Positions 12,023-24,728 of a stretch of DNA of 64,000 nucleotides are shown in pieces. The number at the start of each line of letters is the position of its first letter. Position 1 is the first letter of the stretch. The notes under the pieces are model-generated. The model was not told where the DNA came from, made no database searches, and saw only the letters and a program-made list of their open reading frames with translations. The translations under genes were made by a program, and so were the position numbers. Source of the stretch: Adineta vaga. Its lineage: Eukaryota; Animalia; Rotifera. The stretch spans positions 14,570,001 to 14,634,000 of the forward strand of contig CP075493.1 of the NCBI GenBank assembly GCA_021613535.1. The letters run 5' to 3'.

Positions 12023-14167
12023 ATGATTAGTAAAATGGAAATACTACCTAACGAAATTCTTCTTCATATCTTTTCTTCTCTGACGTGGTACGATATGCTA
12101 ACGTCTTTTTGGTCATTAAATACTCGCTTTAATTCTCTTATATGTTCAACTCTTTCGATGAATAATAATCCGTTGACCAGTGGTCTTTTTATCACACATA
12201 GTTTATCTTATAACCAATGTTATTCAATGTTAATTACTTTCAAATTCATCATCTCTCTCTTCTTCTATTCAACATATTTATTTCGATGGAACAAATTCAA
12301 GTTCTTCTGATCTTTGTTATGAATGGTTATTTAATAAAAATATTCTTCGTTTTCCTCGTCTTAAATCACTCATTGTTAGTCGATGTGTGGCAATCGAAGT
12401 AATATTTCAAAGTTTAATTTATCTTATCAAATATCAATTGGATGAACTCACATTAACATTTGATAGAAACACATTTACACGGTTGTGTTTTCATCGAAAT
12501 AATTGTTAGTATTACGTTTTGCTTTTCTTTGTACTAAGATGTAAATTTATTTTAGACAGTTCAGCGATGACAAAAGATGAAAATGAAATATGTGGAAAAG
12601 TACTGGCTCATCTCATTTCAATGACTGTACAACTCAAATATCTTCTAATTGAAAGATTCGAATGGCTTTTACATGTTATTGAATATGTAAGATATATATT
12701 GTTTGACTATACGTATAAATATTCGTATTGTATATAATTGATTTGAATGATCAAATCTGTAGCAGTTGAGGACTAGAGACTTTTTACAGACAGCGCTGAA
12801 TTTCAAATAATTCCATGCATTCTGAAAAATATTCAAGCGACGTAAATTGTTGTCTCAGATTTCTATTTAAAATATTTTGATTTGAGAAACTAAATCTGTA
12901 GTAGGTAAGTATGATTTACTTGGTTATTGTTGGTTTTCTATTTAAGCATCTGATGAATTAAGAATAAACGCATTAAGTACTGTACGATATGCTGAATTTT
13001 ATCTTCCTAGTTGTCATAGTGGTTATGAAACAATCTATATTGGCAAAGGACTTGTACCTTTTCTTAGCACATATATGCCTCATTTACAAACGTTGCGTCT
13101 TTGGCGACCAGATGATTTTCCTTGGACAACTAGTAAGTTTACTTTAGATAAACACAAAAACTTTGTCACAATAAAATTTCCTGATGAGCTGTGACAAAAA
13201 AGCGAGATAGACAAATGTATTTTATCCTGCAGTAGTACTTGTACTTTTATTTAAGAAAATCTGCTTTACTTTAGAATATTAATTAAGTTTAAAAGTCTTC
13301 TAATAAAGAACAGTGATTAAGCGAAAATCTCAGGTATAAAAATCTCATTCTTAACGATCTTTTTTCTCAATAGAATTGAACAAACAATCAAATGAAACTA
13401 ATCAATATACTCTATAAAAATCGAAAAATTCTTAAGAGATCTTTAAAGAACTCATATTAGTAATCTGCATGAATATTCTTTTCAGCAAAGGAAATTGAAA
13501 CAATGATCGATCTAATGAAATAAAAAAAGTTAATAGAACACTACAAATGAAAGGTTTATATTGACAATGTTCACTATGATTCTGATTGTACGATCATAGT
13601 TTTAATATAATACAATAATCCTAAACGCGATCGTAAAAATCCAATCACTCTAACCACTAACTCGTATGGAAAAATATTAATAAGACTTCTTCACATATAT
13701 TTTTGGAATATTTTATCGATCTGTCAGCGGTATTTTCATTGTTAACAAAAAGAAAATTTATTATGACAACTATGAATAAATAACTTCTTATCTTATATAA
13801 CTGTTCTAAATATTATGTTTCTTTATTTCAGTTCGACCAAATTATAAAAAATATCGTGATGGATTTTTATATATACAATGGTTAAACTCTTTAAAAACAT
13901 GTGAATCGATTGGTATATACATAACAATACACCTATTTTTGACGAGAAATTCAATTAATAATATAATTCTCTTTTTTAGCTCAACAAGTAATTGTGTTTG
14001 AACAAGATCTTTGTCAATTAGTGGATAAATTAAAAGATTTAACTTTTCTTGATATTTATGGTGAAATTCATTACGAAAAAGTTGAACCGTATCGTTTAAC
14101 GGTTCAAGCTCGTTTTCCACATAGTCGAGTAGATGTAGATATATCAAGATTTCGTCTATGGCTTTAA
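12023..14167 (+). pseudogene. Rotifer-type F-box protein gene, frameshifted and fragmented
   Basis: N-terminal F-box (MEILPNEILLHIFSSLTWYDMLTSFWSLNTRFNSLI). Frameshift near 12230. Later exons FLSTYMPHLQTLRLWRPDDFPWTT and VFEQDLCQLVDKLKDLTFLDIYGEI...SRFRLWL*. Confidence 0.7.
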
Positions 14168-14569
14168 TTTTCTACGTTTGATCTGTACAATCGATACGTG
14201 TTAATAGACTATAGCTGTTTTTTTCCTGCTATTGTGTTTCTGTGATATTATAAATTGTAAGAAACTTACTTTCATTAACGAAATGTTAGTATTGTATTCT
14301 GGTGAATTCTAATTTTGCTATTGGAGAGATTTATTATTTCTTTGAGCGTCTCTATCGAGATATTTTATTGACTAGAGAGTACAACATTCTCCTGATAGTA
14401 TATTTAGAGAAACTATACAGTAAAACTTGTCTTGAGCACCAATAAGACTTTTCAAATCGTCCACATCACATAAGCAGTGGAATAGTCAAATCATCGGGAA
14501 AATTTGTCTTTATGTATTTTTTTTCTCTATTGTATGGTTCTTTCTTATACTTTACGTGTTTATTAAATG

Positions 14570-14700
14570 ATATATACCTTCCAGTTCCTTGAAGGAAACT
14601 GACATGTGCCCACCAGTTCTTTGGAAGGAACTGATACGTGCCTACCAGTTTTTTGAGAGGAACTAATCTATACCTAACAAATCCTTTAAAGAGAGCTGAC
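14570..14700. repeat. Degenerate ~32-bp tandem repeat (4 units), each with an internal inverted repeat CAGTTC..GAACTG
   Basis: Units begin ~14570, 14604, 14636 and 14668, e.g. atgtgcccaccagttctttggaaggaactgat and acgtgcctaccagttttttgagaggaactaat. Confidence 0.75.
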
Positions 14701-15049
14701 CTCTGAAAAATGTTCTCTCAAAATCTTGCACTAATGAGTTGTTCTATACAGTTCAGTTTCTTTGTGATCCGCCATTTATTTCTTTTTCTTTTATAGTATC
14801 TGAAGACGTACAAAATGAAATAATGATTATTATTACATCTATTACATAGATAAGAATTAGTTTCTTTTGCTTTACTTAGACTTTTTAACACATATTGAAA
14901 TGCATAATAGATATTTTCCTGTAGAATAATCAATACATTTGTGGTCATGAAGATATGACCACTGAAATAGGTATGGAGAAATCGTCAAGTGTTAAAAGAA
15001 AACATTTATTCTGTAACAAGTCAATATTTATCCGATCGATCTTAACTGA

Positions 15050-15640
15050 TTGAATGTGTTTCACAAATTTGAAATGATATGACGATAAAACAATGCGGAT
15101 GAATCGATTCGTTTGCTTGATGACCATTCTTGTAAGTTACAAAAGCAGAATAATTTTCGTTCGATAGGATAACATAAACATAACACTGAATCAATGTCAT
15201 TGTCTTCCATTTGTATTTAACATGTTCAATCATGTTAAAACTTTAGTTGCTAATGATTATATGCCTTGGGAAGATATTTCCTTCAATCAAATTGCTGAAA
15301 GTTTTCCTTTTATCGAGACATTAGTGATTGCGAATTCAAAACCACAGAAAAACAAATTACAATTGAATAATGAAACAGACAAGTTGAAAATAACTACATT
15401 TTCTCGATTGATGGAACTTCGTGTGACATTAGCACATATGGATTATATTGAACGATTGATGTTCAATCGTTGTACACATCTACCTCGTCTGTGTCAACTG
15501 GAAATTGACTATAAATAGCTAATCACATTGACAAATAATTTCACAAACACAATTTAATTGTTTACAAGTACAGCATTTGCTCATCGATATGAATGTTTTG
15601 TTCGTTCAGAAAATTTTTGTTTGTTTCTCCCTTTATTATA
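15050..15640 (+). pseudogene. 3' remnant of a rotifer-type F-box/LRR-like family gene
   Basis: MFNHVKTL..DYMPWEDISFNQIAESFPFIETL..LMFNRCTHLPRLCQLEIDYK* resembles ORF 20726-21109. In-frame stop before the usual LTNNFT tail. Confidence 0.65.
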
Positions 15641-15838
15641 ATAAACAAATAACTAAAGAACATAAGTTTGAAGTTGAAGAAATTAGTCTAATTAAATGAC
15701 TCCTAAAATGCTAAGATATCTTATGAACATACAAAGAAACAAATCGAAGGGTATAAGAAAAACCCAGTTATTTGTCATGTGATAATGTTTATTTCAAATT
15801 TATTTATTCACTAAAGCAAAAACGATGAAAATGAAGTG

Positions 15839-17345
15839 TTAATCTCGTTCTGGTGGATTAATATTATGAATAAGCATTTCTTCATGTGGTAAAATAATGG
15901 ATAATTTAAATAATTGGTCTTCATCTAAATCGAAACTAGATGAAACATCAAATAAATGTTTAAGAATTCTTTTAAATCTATCAGCTAAGAGATCAATTGT
16001 TTTTTGTTCAAATAATTGATTTGCATAATCAAAGTAGAATTCAATTGTTTTTTTCTCTAAATTACATCGAACAACTAATGTTAAATCAACTGGTGTTAAT
16101 TTTGAATCACGTGGAAATTCTTTATGATTTGTTAGAGGTATTTGATTTAAAACTAAATTCTGATCAATATCAAGAATCCATTTTTCATCATCAATATCAA
16201 CACGAAGGCCAACTTGAGAAAATGGATGTTGATTTGAACCACATTTTCTTGCATATGCAATTAAATTTTGATATGGATAAGCCGAATGTTCTTTGATTCT
16301 TGTACATAATTCATCAATTTTTTCAACAAATTGATTAAAACTTTGATGTGGATCAAGAACATGTCGATAAATAATAAAATTTTCTAATGGACCAATAATA
16401 GAAGTTAATTGTGGTCTTGAACGATTTGGTGTTACTCCAAGAACAGAAAAATCAGTATCTTGAGTTATTTTGAATAGATAAAAATAAACGAAAAAAATTG
16501 ATATTCGTCTTTTGTTCATAACGAAGTATTTGTCTTGTTAATGATGGATCAATATCAAATGAATAATATGAACCAGATGAAATAAATATTGCTTTATTAT
16601 CATATGGAAGATTGATTCGTTGTCGAAAATCATAATCAGCAAATAAATCTTCCCAAAATTCTTCCGATTTACTTAAATCCAATTGACGTTCATAATATGA
16701 AAAATCAATGAATCTCAAAAGATTTTGATCTTTGTTAGTTTTTTCATTTTGATATTCCAATGTTAATTGTTTGACAAATAAATATTTGGAATGATAATCA
16801 ACAGCTGAATGATGAAAGATCAATAAGATATAATCATTTTTTTTCAAACGATTCTTTTCTTTTTCATTTTCTTTCAATAAACAACAACGAAAGATGTGTC
16901 CTTTATTCAAATCAAAATCTTTTCTTATTTGTTCTTTGTAAATGACTTCATCTATCTTTTCTTGATCTGCAACATCCACTGTTGTTATATCAAATGAATA
17001 CATATCTTTATTGAATGGATTGAGTTTCTGTTGAATGCAATGTTCTTCTAAATCATAATCCAGTTCAGTACCAAAGATTTCATTTTGACTCAGAACATTT
17101 TCAATAGCTTGACGAAAACGATTAATTGCTAAATATCCATCTTGAATTTGATAGAGTAGAATGGAATTATAATTGAATAATTTCTCGTCTTTGCTTGTAT
17201 ACGTTGCACGAATTGATTCATCAAGCCAAATGCGTTCTTGGCTGTAGGAAGTTTTACCTATATAACAAATTTATAATAAAAACTTTCTTTTTCTTGAAAT
17301 CAAACCTTTTTTGATGTTTAATCGTTTCCATTCTTCATCGGCCAT
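15839..17345 (-). CDS. Stand-alone NRPS condensation (C) domain gene with one intron and an internal frameshift (possibly a pseudogene)
   Basis: ATG at 17345, 48-nt intron at 17258-17305. C1 motif SYSQERIWLDE, active-site HHSAVD, FIDFSYYER, FW, LPYD, NRSRPQLTSIIGPLEN, YPYQ, DLTL, YANQLFEQKTI. Frame switch near 16470-16490; stop after LSIILPHEE..N. Confidence 0.85.
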
Positions 17346-18186
17346 TTTTGATTAAATGATTTTCGCTTATCTAAAACACAATAAAACATGAAGGATACGA
17401 AAAACATAAAACAATATGTCCTTGTTGTGCATTCGTCGTTCTTGTACTCATCATTTTATCAATACAAACGATACAATCCATTTAAGGAGTAAATCGTATG
17501 ACAATCGATTTTATACCAAACGAAAAAAGAATGTTTTTTTGCATTGCGAACAAATATACCTTAAAATGATCAATGATCCGTATCAACTACTCAATTCAAT
17601 GAGATTTATCTATTTGTTAAATTCGAATTCATTTTTTTTATTTTTCATCAAGTTAATTTGTTTGAAAAACATAATAAGTTTTTAGACGTAATGATAATAC
17701 GATAAAAATTTCATGTGAATGTCTTCAAACGACATCTAGCAGAATGAGAAAAAGAGTAGTTTTTTTTCCTTCTTTGTATTTCTTTTTTATCCAACTGAGA
17801 TTCTTTTAACATTTTCTTAATTAGAAAAAAAATAATCGTTGAAATGAAATTTTATTCTTACGAAGAATTCCTATAAAAAGAAATGAATTTTTTTTCATTG
17901 AGGTCTTTCTAGTTTATCGAAGTAAGCTTTGAAAGTTCCTACCGAACAAAGAAAAAGAAAATGATTCCATATTTTCTGTTATATGTGTGAATAAATGGAT
18001 GGAGATGAGAGACGAGCCAATGAGATATTCGTTCTTTACGCAATGAGTTACATATTATCACGTTCTGTGGTCATATTGGACCTTGATTCCCCTCGTAAAA
18101 TAGCATTCTTTGTGTTTATTCTTTATGGTATTTTATCGAATAAAAAGGTATGAAATATTTCATTTGCGTTTATTTTTTAGATAAAA

Positions 18187-19813
18187 ATGCAAGAGCATAA
18201 AAAATCGAAAGAAAATTTAACACAATCAAGAAAAATTCTTCGTTATGCTCTCTTTTTGTAAGTTATTTATTTTTTTGAAAATAGAATAAAATTAGAATCT
18301 TTTTTTAAGGTTATTTGGTATTGGAACATGGTTGAATTTAAATGGTATATGGATCCAACTACCTTTATTAATTCCTCGATTATCAGAAGGATGGGGATTA
18401 TCACCACAATTAGGAATGGCTAGCAACGTTGCAAATATAGGTCCATTAATAATTGTATTAATTCGTTATTTAACTAAGCAATCATCAGTTTATGAAGTTC
18501 CATCTATATGTGTGATATATCTCGTTGGAATTACTGTCCCAATTGTATTATCATTTACATGGTTTAATCAAGTTTATTTCTTAGGAACAACTCGTTCATT
18601 ATATTTATTAGTTCTAAGTTTTTTTCTTGCATTAGTGAATTGTACATCATCCGTAACATATCTTCCATTTGTCAATCGATTCGATTCCAAATGGTTAAAT
18701 ATTTATTTTGCAGGAGAATCTTTATCATCATTAATTCCAGCATTACTTGGTCTTGCGCAAGTAAAACAAGTTTTTCCTAGATTTGTTTTTCGTCTATTTT
18801 TCTTATTTATTTTTTAAAAAGGGCGTTGGAAAAAAGGCCGAATGTATTCAATCGACAGACAATCCATTAATACTTACTGAACGTCATTATCCACCACGAT
18901 TTTCTATTGAAATTTATATGTATTGTCTTTCGATTATAATGCTTTTATCATTTGTTGCATTTTTATTCCTGTGGAGAACTCAACCAAAACAGAAAAAAAC
19001 AGTTAAACGAGACGAACCAGTACAAGAAGTCTTATTGAATGAAAAAGAACAAGAACAAGTACAAGTACAACTACAAGAAATATTTTTGAATGAAAAAGAA
19101 CAAGAACAAGTACAAGTACAACTACAAGAAATATTTTTGAATGAAAAAGAACAAGAACAAGTACAAGTTGAAGTAGTTAATACACAGGAAAAAAAATTTA
19201 CAAAACAAACCATTATTTATTTATTTATTATTTTATGGACAAGTATTCTTTTAATTGGATGCATTCCATCAATTAATTCATATTCGCTTAATCCTTATGG
19301 CGCTGCAACATTTCATTATGTTATAATTTTATGTCAATGTTGTTATCCATTTGTTTCATTGATATCAACTTTATTTCCGAAATTATTTCAAGTATCAACT
19401 ATTGGAATAATCGTTTCAACTTTATCAGGAACTTTAGCTTTTATTTATATATGTTTTACAGCATTTTTATCGCCATGTTCACCTTTTGTTGAAGAAACAT
19501 ATGGAAAATATATTGTGGTAAGTTCATATAGAGAAAAAAAAAGATTATGTGATTTCGATAAGATTCTTTTGTGAAATAATATTTGTTTGAAATATTTCAG
19601 GCAGTTATGTGGCTTTTAGTTTATTTAATTTTTTATTATGAACGAATTGCATTAGGAAATTATCTCAATAAAACATCCGGCCATCGAGGTTTATTCTGGT
19701 ATGGATTTTTAACGCAAGCAGGAGCATTTACTGGTGCATTAACTGTTTTTACATTAAATGCATTTGAAGTATTTAAAGAACGAAGTTTATGTGGCGAATA
19801 TGTTTGTCATTAA
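18187..19813 (+). CDS. SLC52A3: Riboflavin transporter, SLC52 family
   Basis: LFGIGTWLNLNGIWIQLPLL..EGWGL..ANIGPL, LALVNCTSSVTYLPF, YFAGESLSSLIP, YSLNPYG, SPCSP and TQAGAFTG match SLC52. Introns at 18258-18309, ~18761-18821 and ~19518-19600. The paralog number is not resolvable. Confidence 0.9.
19021..19168 (+). repeat. Coding tandem repeat, 3 x 51 bp (17 aa, QEIFLNEKEQEQVQVQL), in the central loop of the SLC52 gene
   Basis: Units start at 19021, 19072 and 19123; copies 2 and 3 are identical over most of their length. Confidence 0.95.
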
Positions 19814-20230
19814 GTCCGTTTCTTCTTTTTAGTCATCTTTAGTCTTTTTCTGTAGTGAATTAATTTTTCGTATAGCACTAATATTTCTTTATCTTTTTCT
19901 ATTGTCCGGTGAATAATTTTCACATACATGTCTTTTTCTTTTTAACACTTGAATAAAACTGAACAGTACTCAGGCATAAATTTTATTATGTGGTTCAGAG
20001 ATTACACATCCAAGTGAATTAATATATGATGATGATAAAAATAATTTGAGTATGATGGTAAAGAAACATTCTCGCCTTCATTCTTACTCATTGAAATGAA
20101 TATACTTCGATCGGATCGAGTTTTTATGGATATTTTTACTTTTGATGAAAATTGTTTTTGTTGAAACAAATCACTTCAATGAACAAAAGTTTCTTTGAAT
20201 TTCTCATCTATACGAATGAGAGGAAAACCT

Positions 20231-20444
20231 TGTCTTTTTTCATTTGAAATTGTCATGCTTGTACCGCTCATGAAAAGGACTACCAAGAACAAAATCTGTT
20301 TAACCATATAACGATTCGTGAACAGTTAGATAACACGTTCAAAATTCCTGTTTTTTCTTCGTAATTGACCAAAATTAAGTAAACTAATGAAGATACTGAA
20401 GTAATTGCTGTGTCATCGAATAATAATTCAACATCACTTTGATT
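20231..20444. repeat. Left arm of a long inverted repeat (partner at 22829-23042)
   Basis: Reverse complement of 22829-23042, with 8 mismatches in 214 bp by manual comparison. Weaker gapped similarity extends outward to ~20130. Confidence 0.95.
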
Positions 20445-20725
20445 CTATTGATATTCATATATATATATATATAAAGATCTTTTGTATAATCTTAACAATA
20501 GATACACATCAATCGATTTCGATTAGGAGCATGTAGATGTTTGTTCTTTGTATATTCTCATGCACACCCACACCGATTATATATCTTCAAAAGACAAAAT
20601 GTCATAAAACTTATTTCAATACATCCAATCATTTATACAAGCGTGGTTTATTTATTGTAATTGAAATATATTAGCTTTTAGTCGCATTTGTTTTTATTCG
20701 AACAATTTATACAATATTATAATCT

Positions 20726-22008
20726 TTATAGGGAGGGAAAATATGAATCAAAGTTTTTTGAACCAATCGTTAATCCAGGTGCGAATAAACCTCTGAGATG
20801 AGCGCATTTGGAACGTATTACATCGTTAGTAAAATTATCTGTTATAGTTACTAGTGTTTCGTATCCAATTAGAAGTTCTTTCAAACAAGGTAAATGAGTT
20901 TTATCTGAAAGAAATTGTATGGCATAGTCATTATGTGCATTGACAAGATTGAGTGTGAAGAGACGACGAAATGTAAGCAATTCTAATGAATGACTTTGTT
21001 TATTTTCTTGTACTTGATGATTGTTAATAATTATTAATTTATTAAGAAAAGGAAAATCTTGACAGATAATTTTGAATAACGGCTGTTCAAATGGGCGTGT
21101 ATCACGCATTAATAATGTTCGAACTGTATCGAATATACGTCCACCACGAAAAGATGTAACATTCGACGAAGTAATGGAAGAACTCGTTTATCATAATAAT
21201 ATGTATCACACTTTGTTGTCAGTGAAAAACATTTTAATTTGATAACTTTTTCCTGAAAAATGAAAGTAATGAATAGATTTTGAAGAGAAATTTATTTATA
21301 TGCGATAATTACTGTATTGTCCATCATTGATAATGAACGACGAATTTTATCGATACAAATGTTTAACGTTAATAAACATGGAAGACGATGATCAAGAAGA
21401 AATAGACATTCGTTCAAAGTATTAACATCGATTTTCAATTTGGTAAGAGTTGAAGATAAAATTCTCGGACGTTAAAAAGTTAAAGACGAAATTGTTATCC
21501 ATTTTTCTGAAGACCATTGAGCAAAGGTAAAATCTTTTAAGCATTTACCGTACATTAGTATTTTTCAAAGATATTTGACTCAGTTCCATTAAATGTTTCT
21601 GGTTCGTCAGAATAAATTTCGACCCTAAGATTCATAATTTGATTATCAAGAAGACGCAATATAGGGTCACCTGAAATGTAATTGAGGATAATTGAAAGAA
21701 CCAATAGATTTCATAAAAAATGGACTACTAGTCAATTTCTCTATCTTCGCAGAAATTCTAGGTAAGATTGTCGAAAAAATTCTATCGAGAATATCAGTAC
21801 TCATCGAAGAATTGGAAATATCAGATTGTTCTTCCGAAAAATTAAGATGATAGATATAAAGAGGATCGAATACTAACTGATTAAATCGTTCATTTATATT
21901 TACCAATGAATAGAATATATCTATCGTACTCAGTTTATTGAAAATAGCACGTAACAATTCATCTGGTAAATCTAATATATTGATATCATGACCATTTGAA
22001 ATATTCAT
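20726..22008 (-). pseudogene. Rotifer-type F-box protein gene with a disrupted middle, enclosed by inverted repeats
   Basis: N-terminal F-box (NILDLPDELLRAIFNKLSTIDIFYSLVNINERFNQL) and C-terminal DTRPFEQPLFKIICQDFPFL...NFDSYFPSL*. The intervening sequence has stops and frameshifts. Confidence 0.75.
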
Positions 22009-22828
22009 GTCTATTATTTTTTTTCGATGTTTCTATTCCAATACTCGTTCAATCTGTATATATATACATATATATAGAAGGAGTGATTTTTCTCGCTGCC
22101 GTTCACAAGAATAATACAGAGACAATGATGCTATGTTAAGGCGAGAATGTCTGATACTATATTTTTCCTGCCAAATATTTCTTTCACTGATAAGAATAAA
22201 AAGCGACACGGCCATTTTTCATTACAATAACCTTGTTTAGATTGTATTGAAATAAAGCACTCAATACTTGAAATAGTTGATTCTTGAATTTTTTCATCAA
22301 ACACAAGTGTTGCTATGCTTTGTGTCAATCTTAGAGATGCTGCATTATCATACCCACTTGCAGTGTATAAATTTTATTCATTCAAACATTTTCATACGAT
22401 TTATTTGTGCATCTGCAATACATTTTTTAAGTTGGTGTTCGAAATATTTGAAATAGAAATATTATTAAATTTCTATCACTTTTCATAACATGAACAAATT
22501 GTTGTCTAATAGAAGTTCGAATGTAAATGATGATTTTGGAAAAATACCCACACACACGAAAATGAAACTATTCGTATCTTTTTCTATCCTTACAGATAAA
22601 CATTGTATATGAATTCCAAGCATATCTAAGGAAAAAGAAATGTACTTTTATCCTGTCAATTAGAAACCATAAATACGCACATCTATATAATCTTAAACAT
22701 GTTTATCAGTTATAACGATCAATGAGACTCTATACATACCGATAGGAAAGTTGAAATCATATATTATTTCTCTAATCAAACATTTTCAAAAGTTAAAATC
22801 TCGAAGATGAATGTGTATGAGAATATCA

Positions 22829-23042
22829 AATCAAAGTGACATTGAATTATTATTCGATGACACAGCAATTACTTCCATATCTTCATTAGTTTACTTAATT
22901 TTGGTCAATTACGAAGAAAAAACAGGAATTTTGGACGTGTTATCTAACTGTTCACGAATCGTTATATGGTTAAACAGATTTTGTTCTTGGTAGTCCTTTT
23001 CATGAGCGGTACAAGCATGACAATTCTAAATGACAAAAGACA
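22829..23042. repeat. Right arm of a long inverted repeat (partner at 20231-20444)
   Basis: Reverse complement of 20231-20444 (~96% identity). Weaker similarity extends to ~23110. Confidence 0.95.
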
Positions 23043-23416
23043 GACTTGGTCTTTTTGTTGATTGAAGTGATTCATTTCGAGAAAAGAAAAGTTTTATTGA
23101 AAAAGTTTTTCCAGTAAATAATTGTCTGAAAGATTTCTTTTTGAGATCTATTTCTGTTGTCGACAAGAGGATTCTTTTAATTGTGTTACAATATTTGCTA
23201 CTTCTGAAGGAGATCCACCTTTTCTCTTTTCCACATCAGTTAATCGGCAGTCTAAAGATGATATGGTGAAAGAGGAAGTCATGAGACACGTGCTTTTTCT
23301 TCTAAAACTGTTACTACTCTTACAGAGATGCTGGAGGAGAAAACAAGAAAAGAAGAAAATGAATCAGTATATGATATAAAACGGACAAAGCAGATAAATT
23401 CATCTTCATTTCAAAT

Positions 23417-24410
23417 ATGGTTAATAGTACGTTATACGAAGGTTTAACAGCAAGAGTAAGAGCTGAATTTCGAAGTTTTATTGAAGTGTTCTAAACCATT
23501 GATTCTTTTCTAGATTGATGCTGGTCGTTTACTTGAAGATATTCAAATTTACAACTTGATTACAGCACGACCGGAAGACAATGAAAAGGAAATTGAAAAA
23601 TCAAGATTGTTAGTAAAATTTATCAACACAGCATCAAATGCAACTTTCGAAGAGAACGTGAAAATTGAAGGTAATACGATACAATTTATGATTGTATGAA
23701 ACATTTCTTTTCATAGAACCTGTTAATTATGATGACGACGAAAATGATAGTGGTGAAGAAGACATTCAAACAAATCTCCTGGTTTATAGTTTTCGTCATA
23801 ATTCTAGTAATTTATTCTTAATTGTTTTATAGAAAAACTCGACAACGAACACAAAAACAAAGTTCGAACTTTTGGTGGTTTTATAAACTTTAAAAAGTCG
23901 AAAGAATTTCTCAAAGATTGTATACAACTAATCTCTGAAGAAACAATTTATGATATGGTCTTGTGGGCCATAAATATGGAAATGAGAGATGTAAAATCTG
24001 CTTTTTAATCTTATTTTATCCAATAAACAAAACTTATTCTAGGAGTTCACATCAACCGAACGCATTACACATCAAACGATGGTCCTCGAGTTTATTTTGA
24101 AATTAATGAAAACTAGTTCATCATTAGATCCATTTGATTGTGTACGAACATTCTTTACCAAGTAAGATCCATTAATCAATTTTATTCCAAAAGAAAAATG
24201 AACGTTTTGCTTAGAATGACGGCTAATGATGATCAAGAATATTCTAAAACACTTAGGAAGGAACTTCGTAAGCTTCGACGATTTGTTCATGATTATGCAA
24301 GAAAGAAAAATGATGAACTTGTTGAAAAAGAGTGGGTAAACACAGTCCAGTCAGACGAAATCAATAAAAATGCTTTTTTTTTTTAGATAAGAACAAAAAC
24401 ATTCAAATGA
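23417..24410 (+). CDS. Divergent Cdc37-like protein (Hsp90-binding middle domain)
   Basis: Spliced exons give KVRTFGGFINFKKSKEFLKDCIQLISEENNYDMVLWAINMEM..ERITHQTMVLEFILKLMKTSSSLDPFDCVRTFFTK..DQEYSKTLRKEL. This aligns with the Cdc37 M-domain pattern (IKHFG..SQKYL..LVCEE..LVIWCIDLE..VAHQTIVMQFILELAK..DPRACFRQFFTK). Confidence 0.75.
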
Positions 24411-24728
24411 AAAAATCTGACTTTCATTATCTGATTTTATTTCTAAGCTTTCTTTCGTCTTTGTCATATTATTTATCTGCAATAAAAATTCTTTTAATCT
24501 TCATAACTGAACATTATTATAATTCATATGCATATACATATATATGTACATATTTATGAATTCTACAAAAAGTACATCTAAAGAAAATCATGACTACATA
24601 GTATGACATCTATATAAATTTCTTTGCAAGCATTTTTTGATTGGTTCAATAAAAACTAAATAAATGACAATTGAAGTGAATTAATGACGCTGATAATAAT
24701 AATAATAATTTCAAAGAAAAAACAAGAG

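Noticed and set aside
14570-14700. CRISPR-like array of ~32-bp palindromic repeats
   Set aside because: Units are contiguous without unique spacers and are degenerate; no cas genes; eukaryotic context.
18980-19213. Metallothionein-like Cys-rich ORF (CTCSCS repeats) on the minus strand
   Set aside because: It is the antisense reading of the EQEQVQVQ repeat inside the SLC52 gene.
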